Shown: positions 10,971 to 19,523, counted from the first letter of the stretch. The stretch is 64,000 bases of DNA from an uncultured Pseudomonadota bacterium (GCA_964553945.1 CAZKLV010000002.1:271774-335773), one strand, 5' to 3'. Notes: generated from the sequence alone by a model not told the origin. Numbers and translations are program-made.

Positions 10971-11924
10971 ATGAAACACCCATTCCTCATCATTATTTTA
11001 TTCAGCATCAGTTCATGCCTTCCTGGCATCTTGAAAGCCATGAATACCCAGGATCGGGAATTGTTTGAGAAATTCTTGGAAAATTATACATATAAGGATA
11101 GGATTCTGAGCAACCTCCAAACCGAAATCAACATTATTCAGGAGGATAAACTCACTCTTTTACAGAAAGCTGCGCTTGAGAAAAACGAAATAATCTGCTG
11201 CAAACTACTTGAAATGGGCGCTAACCCAAATGTTCGCTACCTTGATGATAAACCAGCGCTGCTGATTGCGATTGGGAAACATCTATCGAAAGCAAGTTGC
11301 CTTATGATCCAAAAAGGAGCTTACATCTATATAAGCGATAACAAATCAACAACTTTACAACTCGCCTGCAAAGAAAATCTAACCGATGTTTGCTTGATGC
11401 TCATAGCTAAAGGAGCAAGTGTCGAGTCAAAAGAATTTACTTATACACATCCATTGCAGACAGCAATCGATAAAGATAATTATAGGGTATGCCGAGCATT
11501 GTTAAGACGAAACGCACCGATGGGTAGCAAATTGGATAAACGCTTAGGAGCAACACCTTCAGCGTTGCGATATGCTGCACGGGACAAAAGGGGAAATGCA
11601 TGCCGCGCAATTCTTGCTCATACATTGTTTCAATCAAAAGAACCGATTTTTAAATTACTGCTTATCCTGCGCAGGATGCGCCAATCTCAATTAGATTGTC
11701 CATCATTACTGTATTCAAAGTTCAAAGAACTCATGGCTCGCCCCATGCTCTATATATTAGCAATTGAGAATAGAAATGATCTTATTCAAAAACTTGAGCA
11801 TAACAAGCACTTCAAAGATTTTCCCATCGATCTACTTGATATCATGCATATAGATCAAACTATTCAGGTATTAGTGAAAGAAGAGCTCGATAACATTCAA
11901 AACTCTGAATTAAAGAATGTATAG
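10971..11924 (+). CDS. leader-bearing ankyrin-repeat protein
   Basis: Leader MKHPFLIIILFSISSCLPGILKAM. ANK repeats include LTLLQKAALEKNEIICCKLLEMGANPN and TTLQLACKENLTDVCLMLIAKGASV. Confidence 0.8.
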   Translation: MKHPFLIIILFSISSCLPGILKAMNTQDRELFEKFLENYTYKDRILSNLQTEINIIQEDKLTLLQKAALEKNEIICCKLLEMGANPNVRYLDDKPALLIAIGKHLSKASCLMIQKGAYIYISDNKSTTLQLACKENLTDVCLMLIAKGASVESKEFTYTHPLQTAIDKDNYRVCRALLRRNAPMGSKLDKRLGATPSALRYAARDKRGNACRAILAHTLFQSKEPIFKLLLILRRMRQSQLDCPSLLYSKFKELMARPMLYILAIENRNDLIQKLEHNKHFKDFPIDLLDIMHIDQTIQVLVKEELDNIQNSELKNV

Positions 11925-12352
11925 AAAAATAAAATCAGAGAGAAGCATGGTATTAAAATTGGTAGATCGAGAAGTGCGCGCGCCCTGTTTCCCTTTTGAG
12001 GGTTCTTTTTTTATCTGTTCTTGAGTAGTAATGATGTTATATTCTTTTGACCATAATGGTTTTTAAACAATAATCAAAATAATGAGTAGATAGAGGTTCA
12101 AGAGAAGAATAAGAATATACGTGTATTGGTACGTATACGCGTGTATGTGTTTAAGTTACGTTCGATTGGTTCGTGTACTTATCATATGTACGCGTTATGA
12201 GCATTGACTACTTATACTAACAACTCCTATATGATCACCCTTCTTTATACTCTGCATACACATGAGTACTATTGGACCTCATTACTCCCTACTGTGCATA
12301 CTACAACAATAATTACGGTGACATAGTCTTGAGAAATGATAAATAATTAAAA

Positions 12353-12390
12353 AAACGCCTTTAAAGCCGGCGTTTCGCAAGAAACGCCGG
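12353..12390 (-). terminator. two overlapping GC-rich hairpins; the distal one is followed by a T-run on the minus strand
   Basis: ccggcgttt-cgcaag-aaacgccgg is a 9-bp stem (12367-12390). It is mutually exclusive with aaacgcc/ggcgttt (12353-12375), which is followed by TTTTT on the minus strand. Confidence 0.4.
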
Positions 12391-12654
12391 GGTGTTTAAG
12401 GGGTAGTTTTGTAATTCCTTTTCTCTTATTTTTTTTCTTGTCTTGTAATATGGCATGAGAGTGAGCAGCATCAAGGATTACTATCTCTAGTATTCGTATT
12501 ATATTGTTAGAATGAGTAATTCAGAAAATTGATAATAATAGACTCAATGGGGGATCGAAATGGGCTTTAGAATAAATGGTTTACTCGATTGCGATTTTAA
12601 TATTTTTAAATTGATTATTTCTTCAATCAATTCCGATTGTTTTCTTCTTAAAAA

Positions 12655-12775
12655 CACGAAGCCGCAGGCTTCACCCCCCATCTCGTGCCCCCATGCTCGA
12701 GTGGGGTGAGAGCCGGAGGCGGAGTGGTCTGCGCGCCCGCGCGGCAACGGGCAACCGGACGCAAGGATATAAAAA
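12655..12775 (-). other. GC-rich structured island in a gene-free AT-rich region (candidate small RNA or decayed GC-rich palindromic repeats)
   Basis: About 120 nt, much more GC-rich than its surroundings. Contains internal stems cccca/tgggg and gcccg/cgggc. It ends on the minus strand with gaagcc-tgc-ggcttc followed by GTGTTTTT. No match to tmRNA, RNase P, SRP or tRNA signatures that I could recognise. Confidence 0.3.
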
Positions 12776-12883
12776 TAATGACGGCTTCAATATTCAAAAA
12801 AAATAGTTCAGAAAAAAATTCCTATGAACACAATGCTCACACGGGGAATTTGTAAATTATCGGACTTGAATATTCTATTTGTG

Positions 12884-13618
12884 TTATCTTAAGAGGGAAA
12901 CCAATTCATCGATATATTCAATCACTTGAGCTGCAGGACTTCCTTGAAATAATCGCTCATTGGTGGAATTTAGATAATAAAGAGCATAATCATCATCCGA
13001 TTTTACAACAGAGGCGAGCACCCAATGCCCGCCAGCATTGATCACAAAATGCACAACATGATTTTGCAAAATAAGCTCAATGAGCGGTTGTTTTGACGTA
13101 ACATCCTGAAATGAAACAAGCTCCGGCTCGCTCAAATAAATCACATGAAAAGGCATATTATATTTAGCGCGAACATCTTTCTCAGCAATTTCCAATTCAT
13201 GTGGTTCAGCAGGTAAAATACCTTCTCCATTGAGCAATAATTTGAATGAGGCAGATTGCGTCATGATAATTGCAAAACAACATTCGGCATAATAGCGAGT
13301 CGCCTCAGTAGTAATTGGTAATCCTTCAATGCATTGCCGTTCTAGAGCATAGGCATTTGCAAGAGAATTGAATCCACAAGAACTATATATTTGTTGATGA
13401 GAAATAAGATGATGAAGAGGTGTCTTCGTTTTAACAGAGTGTGCAATACTCAATCCATGAGATGCCTCAAAAGCATCGAGCGATTTAACGCGTGCCAAAA
13501 TCATCGCAGTATTGCCAAACCACTTATTTCGCAAACCATTACCTGAGTTTTCCATCGCACAAGCATACGGCGCAATCAGAATAAGATATGAAAAAATAAT
13601 GCGAAATAGACAGTTCAT
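12884..13618 (-). CDS. leader-bearing Josephin-like papain-fold cysteine protease (putative deubiquitinase)
   Basis: Leader MNCLFRIIFSYLILIAPYACAM. Cys motif HQQIYSSCGFNSLANA and His motif GGHWVLASVVKSDDDYALYYLNSTN. The start is trimmed to the Met at 13618. Confidence 0.6.
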   Translation of the reverse strand: MNCLFRIIFSYLILIAPYACAMENSGNGLRNKWFGNTAMILARVKSLDAFEASHGLSIAHSVKTKTPLHHLISHQQIYSSCGFNSLANAYALERQCIEGLPITTEATRYYAECCFAIIMTQSASFKLLLNGEGILPAEPHELEIAEKDVRAKYNMPFHVIYLSEPELVSFQDVTSKQPLIELILQNHVVHFVINAGGHWVLASVVKSDDDYALYYLNSTNERLFQGSPAAQVIEYIDELVSLLR

Positions 13619-13854
13619 AGATAGGACCCCCATTTATGATTATTACATATAGTATCAGCATAGATCAATAAGCCCTACCTGTAAAAAGCCCTTTTTCACC
13701 TTGAATACTATCAACCCTGGGCCGAACCTGGCACCTCAGATATAATTGACAAATATAAAATATAGTATAAATTTATAATATCTGCCTCTTGAATGATTTT
13801 AAGGGGAGAATAGTATTAATAATGGAGCCTAAAACAGATTCAAATGGAGGTCCA

Positions 13855-15144
13855 ATGAAAAAAGTCTCAATTAAATTACTTTTGACCACCCTTCTATTTA
13901 CAGCCTCTCTGGGCGCAATGCAGCATCCAGAAGGCAAAACATCATTACATTTGCATGCCATAGCAAAACGACCAGACTACATTCTGAATATATTAGAAAA
14001 TTATAAAACACCACATATTGATGCACGTGACATCTACGGCAATACCCCTCTGCATGAAGCATGTTATTTTGGTTGTTTTGAATCTGTTTGCATCTTGCTC
14101 GATTTTGGCGCTAATATCAATGCAGTCAACAAAAATGGCCTCACGCCGGTTGATAAAGCATTCAACGGCAAACAAGAGGCAATTTTAGAATTATTACTCG
14201 AATATGGTGGTGTATCCGGGCAACAGATTGCTCCAGGGCGCGTAAAAAATCCGGTGCAACCAAATCCGGTTCAAAAACCAAAGCATCCATTAAACCCGAT
14301 TCAACCGGCTCAAAAAAAACAACCGGTGCCTCAACCAGCTAAAAAAATACAACCAAATCAAAAGCCTGCATACCAACCAATGCCGGCTGCTCCGAAACAT
14401 GCTCAACCAACTGCGCCCAAACATCAACCATACGCTCCGTCAAAAGCTGCAATCGCTCCATGTATATATGACCAGCGCGACTTACTGCACCTTCCAGGAC
14501 TAACAGGCGGCGCATTAAAGCTTCCAGGGGTATACCACGTCTATAGCGAAGCGCCAGTAGCAACCGACAAAGGATGGGCATGCGCATTCCACTCGCTTGA
14601 TAATATGCGCCAGCTTGAATATGAAATTTGCGGACGTCAAATTTCAGATCAAACATTCATCAATGCTTGTACAAAGAATTGCACTACTATCAAAAGCGGC
14701 TCAAACTGCATACAACAATACAAAATTGCTCAACAAATGGGCTTGCCTTACATGATAAATTTAGAAATCAATGATCAAGGGCGAGGCACCGAAATCGTAT
14801 TTAAAAGCGATACGTATTATGAATGGCGCGATGGCGAAAGCGAAGAATACGCCTATCAGCGCGCTGAACGAAATCGCCAAGACCAAGAATGGAACCGACT
14901 AGTTCAATTGTTCAAAACCTCTCGCGAACCAATTTGCATTCACTTCTGCGCAGGAATCATGTCATACCTCATTGATAATCCTGGCAGAGGCGAAGGTCAC
15001 GGGATCGATATCTCCGTAATCAAAGATAAAAATGGCGCCGTAGCACTCTACATATTTGATAACATCAATGACGCTGAAGCACGAACATCTCAAGATGCTA
15101 TTCGTCGGCACGTTGAGTTTATATATCGTAAATTCATAGCGTAA
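13855..15144 (+). CDS. leader + ankyrin repeats + Pro/Gln-rich linker + Josephin-like cysteine-protease domain
   Basis: GGAGG precedes the ATG at 13855. ANK repeats (GNTPLHEACYFGCFESVCILLDFGANINAVNKNGLTPV), a PxQ-rich linker, then GWACAFHSLDN ... GHGIDISVIKDKNGAVALYIFDNIND. Confidence 0.6.
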   Translation: MKKVSIKLLLTTLLFTASLGAMQHPEGKTSLHLHAIAKRPDYILNILENYKTPHIDARDIYGNTPLHEACYFGCFESVCILLDFGANINAVNKNGLTPVDKAFNGKQEAILELLLEYGGVSGQQIAPGRVKNPVQPNPVQKPKHPLNPIQPAQKKQPVPQPAKKIQPNQKPAYQPMPAAPKHAQPTAPKHQPYAPSKAAIAPCIYDQRDLLHLPGLTGGALKLPGVYHVYSEAPVATDKGWACAFHSLDNMRQLEYEICGRQISDQTFINACTKNCTTIKSGSNCIQQYKIAQQMGLPYMINLEINDQGRGTEIVFKSDTYYEWRDGESEEYAYQRAERNRQDQEWNRLVQLFKTSREPICIHFCAGIMSYLIDNPGRGEGHGIDISVIKDKNGAVALYIFDNINDAEARTSQDAIRRHVEFIYRKFIA

Positions 15145-15164
15145 TTTTAATATAGGGAAAATAT

Positions 15165-15353
15165 ATGGACCCTCTGCAGAAATTAAAACATATTGCATCA
15201 CCATCACTTGCTCAATGTTATCAAGAGTATAAAAACAATCCTCCTTGCATGAAAGTTGATCGCCAAAATCATGCTGAGTGTTGTGGATGCAAAGAGCCAT
15301 GCTGCACCATACAAATACCAGCCATACCAAAAGACCAAAAGGAGCGAGAATGA
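15165..15353 (+). CDS. possible small Cys-rich protein (62 aa), ATGA-coupled to the WD40 gene
   Basis: Open frame MDPLQKLKH...ECCGCKEPCCTIQ with 7 Cys. Its TGA overlaps the ATG at 15350. No homology recognised, so it may be non-coding. Confidence 0.25.
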   Translation: MDPLQKLKHIASPSLAQCYQEYKNNPPCMKVDRQNHAECCGCKEPCCTIQIPAIPKDQKERE

Positions 15354-16825
15354 AGAGAATCATATTGCTTGCTGGATTGCTATTAAATCTTCAGGCGCTC
15401 ATCGCCATGGAGAGACCACCCAAGAGAATGTCAATAGAACAGATCAACACCATAAAACATACGTTTTTAAACGATCATGAAACCTTTAAAAACCTCTATC
15501 AAACTCGCGCGAGGCTACCCCTAGATTTAAGCAAATTACTTGCACAGATGATTATTACTCCCGCAATAAAACTCGCGTGCCAAAACGTAGCTGTTCCGTA
15601 TAAAGTACTTAAGCATAAAGACCGACATGTTGATTGCGCAAAGTTTAACCCGGCAGGAACGGCCATTGTTTCTGGTACACCAGACGGACTTGTACATATA
15701 TGGGATGTTGCAAGCGGTAAAGAAATTCAGACCATCAAAGCTCATGAACACGGCGCTTATGAACATGGTCAAGTCTTGGTAGCAAATTTCAGCCCAAACG
15801 GCCAGCTTATTATTACAGGATCATCACAAGGAACTGCTAAAGTATGGAATTTGCAAGACGGATCCTGCTTATTTACAGCAAATCATCCAAGCGATAAACT
15901 GGGAAGCAGCTTAGTTACAACAGCAGCTTTCAATTCGAGCGATACTGAATTGGTAACGGCATCAAGGAGTGGCTTCGCTTATATATTCACTAACTGGGCA
16001 AAACCAGGAACACCTGCTCTTCATATTAAAGCTGAAAAAGGAATCGCAAAAGCCATGATCCAGCCACACGGAAAGATCATCGCACTTGGTTTAATGAATG
16101 GCAATATTGTGCTCTGGGATTTTAATAAAGGCGAGTGCCTCAAACAACTCGAGGGGCACACCGGATGCATTGACTATGTTCACTTCAATCCAGATGGAAC
16201 CCTTCTTGCCTCAGCAGCAGAAGATAAAACGGTAAAAATATGGGATATCAATACCGGAAAATGTATTCATAACCTCACTCAACACCAAGCAAGAGTATTG
16301 TGCGCTGAGTTCGATTCAACGGGCGCCTTCTTAAGCTCCACAGATACCTGTGGAAACACTAAAATATGGGATGTTTCTACCGGAACATGCTTGCGCACAC
16401 TTGATCTCCATACATGCTTGATTCATATGACTGAACATAGAGATGACCAATGGTTTGCCCGCACAACCTCTAAGCAAGTCCCAGCCCGGGTTCGCTCAGC
16501 ATCATTTAGTCCAGACGGAAAACGCCTTGCAACCGCCTCACATGACTATACAGTGCGAATCTGGGATTTAAAAGACTTCATGGAATCGATCGAATTTCTA
16601 AAAAAGAGCCTTACTCTTGAACAAGCACTCCTTATTAATTTGATCTTTGAAACTGCACAATTAAACAAGCTATGTGAAAAACGCACCAAGAATCCAATCA
16701 CGCACCAACTGGATTTTTCAAAATTTGAACACCTTAAAACCTATTTCCAAGAACTACCCGAGCCAATTCAAAACGCGCTCAAACCATATATAAAACAAAA
16801 AGAAGAGGGCTGTGTAATTTTTTAA
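15350..16825 (+). CDS. leader-bearing WD40 beta-propeller protein with C-terminal CaaX box (CVIF)
   Basis: AAAGGAG precedes the ATG at 15350. Several WD repeats are present (GTPDGLVHIWDV, SSQGTAKVWNL, AAEDKTVKIWDI, DTCGNTKIWDV, ASHDYTVRIWDL). The protein ends in EEGCVIF followed by the stop. Confidence 0.85.
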   Translation: MKRIILLAGLLLNLQALIAMERPPKRMSIEQINTIKHTFLNDHETFKNLYQTRARLPLDLSKLLAQMIITPAIKLACQNVAVPYKVLKHKDRHVDCAKFNPAGTAIVSGTPDGLVHIWDVASGKEIQTIKAHEHGAYEHGQVLVANFSPNGQLIITGSSQGTAKVWNLQDGSCLFTANHPSDKLGSSLVTTAAFNSSDTELVTASRSGFAYIFTNWAKPGTPALHIKAEKGIAKAMIQPHGKIIALGLMNGNIVLWDFNKGECLKQLEGHTGCIDYVHFNPDGTLLASAAEDKTVKIWDINTGKCIHNLTQHQARVLCAEFDSTGAFLSSTDTCGNTKIWDVSTGTCLRTLDLHTCLIHMTEHRDDQWFARTTSKQVPARVRSASFSPDGKRLATASHDYTVRIWDLKDFMESIEFLKKSLTLEQALLINLIFETAQLNKLCEKRTKNPITHQLDFSKFEHLKTYFQELPEPIQNALKPYIKQKEEGCVIF

Positions 16826-16874
16826 AAAATGCACATAGCCAATAGATAAAAAAATCAAAATCCACAAAACAATT

Positions 16875-16908
16875 AAATTCCCCAGCAAATCTAACTGCTG
16901 GGGAATTT
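16875..16908. terminator. bidirectional hairpin between convergent genes
   Basis: Perfect 12-bp stem aaattccccagc/gctggggaattt with a 10-nt loop, between the WD40 (+) and C11 (-) stops. Confidence 0.6.
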
Positions 16909-16932
16909 AGTTTCATATAAAAATGAAGATCT

Positions 16933-18192
16933 CTAACTATTAATATACCCATCAAGCATCTGCGCCCATACGCTATCTTGGCCCCATTGAGTTGATGCAT
17001 AATCTGAATCAAGATACGCATTGCGCTCAAAATAAAAACTAATTCCAGAAGCACGTGGAAAATCTGATCCTTTTACTTGCGCAAGAACCGTTGATTTGAG
17101 TGCTTTGACAGCTGCCGCAATCGCATTATTGAGTTGCTTCAGTAATGCTTTGTCACTCACTTTTGCTTTACCAAGATTTGCTTTGAGATTATTCAAAAAA
17201 TCACCAATATCGATAAAACTATTCTCTGTGAAGAAGGTACAACGATTTGGATCGGCGCTTGCTTGAATTGCGAGTTTAATAACATCCGCATCTTTTGAGC
17301 TCAAAAATGATAGAATAACAGTTGCAACATGATCAAGCGCTGCTTTAAAGCCGGCAATTTGAGATAAATCGATTGCAGAAAGCGTGTAATCGGTTGTAAT
17401 GCTGTTATATAATGCGCCGTAATCTTTCACCATATCTTGCGCCATCTTGACAGCTTTAAGATTCGGCTTTGATGCCAAATTCAATGCAGTATCATACGGA
17501 TACCCTTGGCCTGGAATTGTTTCTTCAGATGCAACCAAGTATTTTGCATAAGAGCTGGCCGCATAAGCAACTTCAACATTTGCCATTAAACATGCATCGA
17601 ATGCGACAATATCAACTTTTTTACCGCCGCGTAATTGCACCGCTTGCTCAAGAACCGCGATCAAATCTTGATCGGTAAAATACGATCCGGTTGTATCATC
17701 ATAGCAAAATGCGCGATCCGCCGGAGTGCCCCACGGCTTGCCAAAGAATGTACTCACGAGCCCATTACGATTTAATGGTCCAGAGCCATGGTTCCAGAAA
17801 ACTATCACAAAATTATCTGACGGAAACTTTGACGTTGCCCATGTAACCGCATCGATTGCTGTTTGCGCAGCACCGCTATCCTTATCCATATCAGGGCCAT
17901 CTTGTAGAGCCTGGCCCTTTTGAACAACCAATGCACGAGTCCACTTAGAAGAATTATCTTTTGAGCTGACGTAGGCAAGAATATTCACATTTTGATTCGA
18001 TCCAATCTTTTGCATCTCTTCTAAATCCAAATGAATGAAATCGGCCAAACTATTATCGCCCGCAATATAGACAAGCACCGTTGCTTGTTTTTTGGCAAGC
18101 GGCGATGCTACATCTTTGCGTTGCCATGATAACGCAAATGCGTTCATTGAAATGAGCAAACCAATGCTCAATGATATTTGTTTTTTGTACAT
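16933..18192 (-). CDS. secreted clostripain-family (C11) cysteine peptidase
   Basis: His motif FVIVFWNHGSGP and Cys motif DIVAFDACLMANVE form the C11 catalytic dyad context. N-terminal leader MYKKQISLSIGLLISMNAFA. GGGAG precedes the ATG at 18192. Confidence 0.8.
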   Translation of the reverse strand: MYKKQISLSIGLLISMNAFALSWQRKDVASPLAKKQATVLVYIAGDNSLADFIHLDLEEMQKIGSNQNVNILAYVSSKDNSSKWTRALVVQKGQALQDGPDMDKDSGAAQTAIDAVTWATSKFPSDNFVIVFWNHGSGPLNRNGLVSTFFGKPWGTPADRAFCYDDTTGSYFTDQDLIAVLEQAVQLRGGKKVDIVAFDACLMANVEVAYAASSYAKYLVASEETIPGQGYPYDTALNLASKPNLKAVKMAQDMVKDYGALYNSITTDYTLSAIDLSQIAGFKAALDHVATVILSFLSSKDADVIKLAIQASADPNRCTFFTENSFIDIGDFLNNLKANLGKAKVSDKALLKQLNNAIAAAVKALKSTVLAQVKGSDFPRASGISFYFERNAYLDSDYASTQWGQDSVWAQMLDGYINS

Positions 18193-18276
18193 ATGTGGCT
18201 CCCAGAAAAGAAATGAAACATTTTGTACAGATAATGTGATAAATTTCATAAAGTGACCGCAATAGTTTTGATAGGA

Positions 18277-19347
18277 TCAACAAAAAATATCTCGAAATAC
18301 AAAAGTTAGCCCAGTTGCTTTTGAAAGTTGCGCCCCAATTGCATATTGAACAATGCATGCATTCAATGCTCTCTTTGCAGAAGCTATATTTTTTCTCAAT
18401 TGCCCGTATATCGATTTACCTGCGATTTCTGCTCGTGCAATCTGCGATTGCAGATTGGCTAAAAAATGTCCAAGGTCCAACCGACTTTGTTCCCCGAAGA
18501 AAGTACAATTGCTACAGCAAGAACTTTCGATTAACATTTGTTGCAACATACTCTTGGCACCCTTTAATATTTCATGAACCGAAAGAACAGTCTTATCCAT
18601 TAGCTCTGATAATCTTTGTACCTTGGAAAGATCTATTGCGCAGAGCGAATAGTCACTTCGGATTTGTTCATATCTCTCTTCATATGCATTGCACATATCA
18701 AATGCCATTCTGCCAGCACAGAAGAAAACATCTTTTACCGCATATTTTAATGCCGCAAGATAAGGAAACCAATCGCTCGATTTATACCCCTCAGATGCAA
18801 CCATGAACTTTGCGCAAGGAGCCAACATACGCGCTATCTCCAGACTTGCCATCATATCTGCATCAAATGCAACTAGATCTATCATCGTGCCTCGCACAGC
18901 AAAAAGATACGAGACGATTTGCTGGATTTGCTCGGCGGCAAGGGGCGATCCTCGTGATGATGCACAAAAAACCAAAACAAACTTCTCCGAAGGAAACTTT
19001 TCATGCGCCCAGCGGCAAGCATTGATTCCATTGTTCACCCAAGACTCTTCAACATCAATATTTTCTCGATCCTCAAAGAGGGAAGCCTTATCGCCAATTG
19101 GAGCCTGAATCACTTTTCCCGCACCATTCATTAATGCAGAATAAACTAAGACGTTAACACTTTCAGTTGCAGCAACTTTTTGCAATTCTTTACAAATCAT
19201 TTGGACATAATCAAGCGGAGTGTCTTGCGAAATATAAATCAAAATGGTGACTTGTTTTATCGGACAAGCAGTATTGGTATCTACACACCCAGAAGCGGCA
19301 AAGAAAACAATTTGAAAAAGACCAAAAACAACCACCTTAATATTCAT
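18277..19347 (-). CDS. C11-like pseudo-peptidase (both catalytic residues substituted)
   Basis: Collinear with 16933-18192, but the His motif reads FVLVFCASSRGSP and the Cys motif reads DLVAFDADMMASLE. The leader has a possible lipobox, FFAASGC. Confidence 0.7.
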   Translation of the reverse strand: MNIKVVVFGLFQIVFFAASGCVDTNTACPIKQVTILIYISQDTPLDYVQMICKELQKVAATESVNVLVYSALMNGAGKVIQAPIGDKASLFEDRENIDVEESWVNNGINACRWAHEKFPSEKFVLVFCASSRGSPLAAEQIQQIVSYLFAVRGTMIDLVAFDADMMASLEIARMLAPCAKFMVASEGYKSSDWFPYLAALKYAVKDVFFCAGRMAFDMCNAYEERYEQIRSDYSLCAIDLSKVQRLSELMDKTVLSVHEILKGAKSMLQQMLIESSCCSNCTFFGEQSRLDLGHFLANLQSQIARAEIAGKSIYGQLRKNIASAKRALNACIVQYAIGAQLSKATGLTFVFRDIFC

Positions 19348-19500
19348 TAATATCTCCTAAGATCTATATAACCCTTAAACCCTATCCCCCTTCTCCCTCT
19401 AACCATGGAAGAAAACGGACCTCATGGTCAATTTTTCTCTAATTTCTTCATTTGAAGGTAGAGTGAGAGGGCTCGATTTTAATACAAAACAAAATCTACA

Positions 19501-19523
19501 AATCTTCATCATTAATGAAGATT
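19501..19523. promoter_or_regulatory. 9-bp perfect inverted repeat upstream of dnaK (candidate operator)
   Basis: AATCTTCAT-catta-ATGAAGATT lies 138 nt upstream of the dnaK ATG. It is neither a CIRCE nor a canonical HAIR sequence. Confidence 0.25.

Noticed and set aside
12544-12747. 67-aa minus-strand ORF (MPRGRADHSASGSHPTRAWGHEMGGEACGF...)
   Set aside because: It reads through the GC-rich island and AT-rich filler. It has no SD and a composition unlike the real genes. The island is treated as a structured RNA or repeat instead.
12350-12780. Possible tmRNA, RNase P RNA, SRP RNA or tRNA in the gene-free region
   Set aside because: None of the hallmarks is present on either strand: no GGGG...CCACCA tRNA-like ends or T-loop (GTTCGAAT-like), no GGAAAGTCCGG P4 motif and no GGAA-tetraloop SRP domain IV motif.
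14962-15363. 133-aa minus-strand ORF spanning the 3' end of the ANK-Josephin gene and the intergenic region
   Set aside because: It overlaps a supported CDS and has no SD or recognisable domain. It is kept only as a caveat for the small plus-strand Cys-rich ORF.
18315-19108. Plus-strand ORFs (163, 101, 74 and 71 aa) antisense to the pseudo-C11 gene
   Set aside because: The same reasoning applies: the minus-strand frame aligns along its full length to the neighbouring C11 peptidase.
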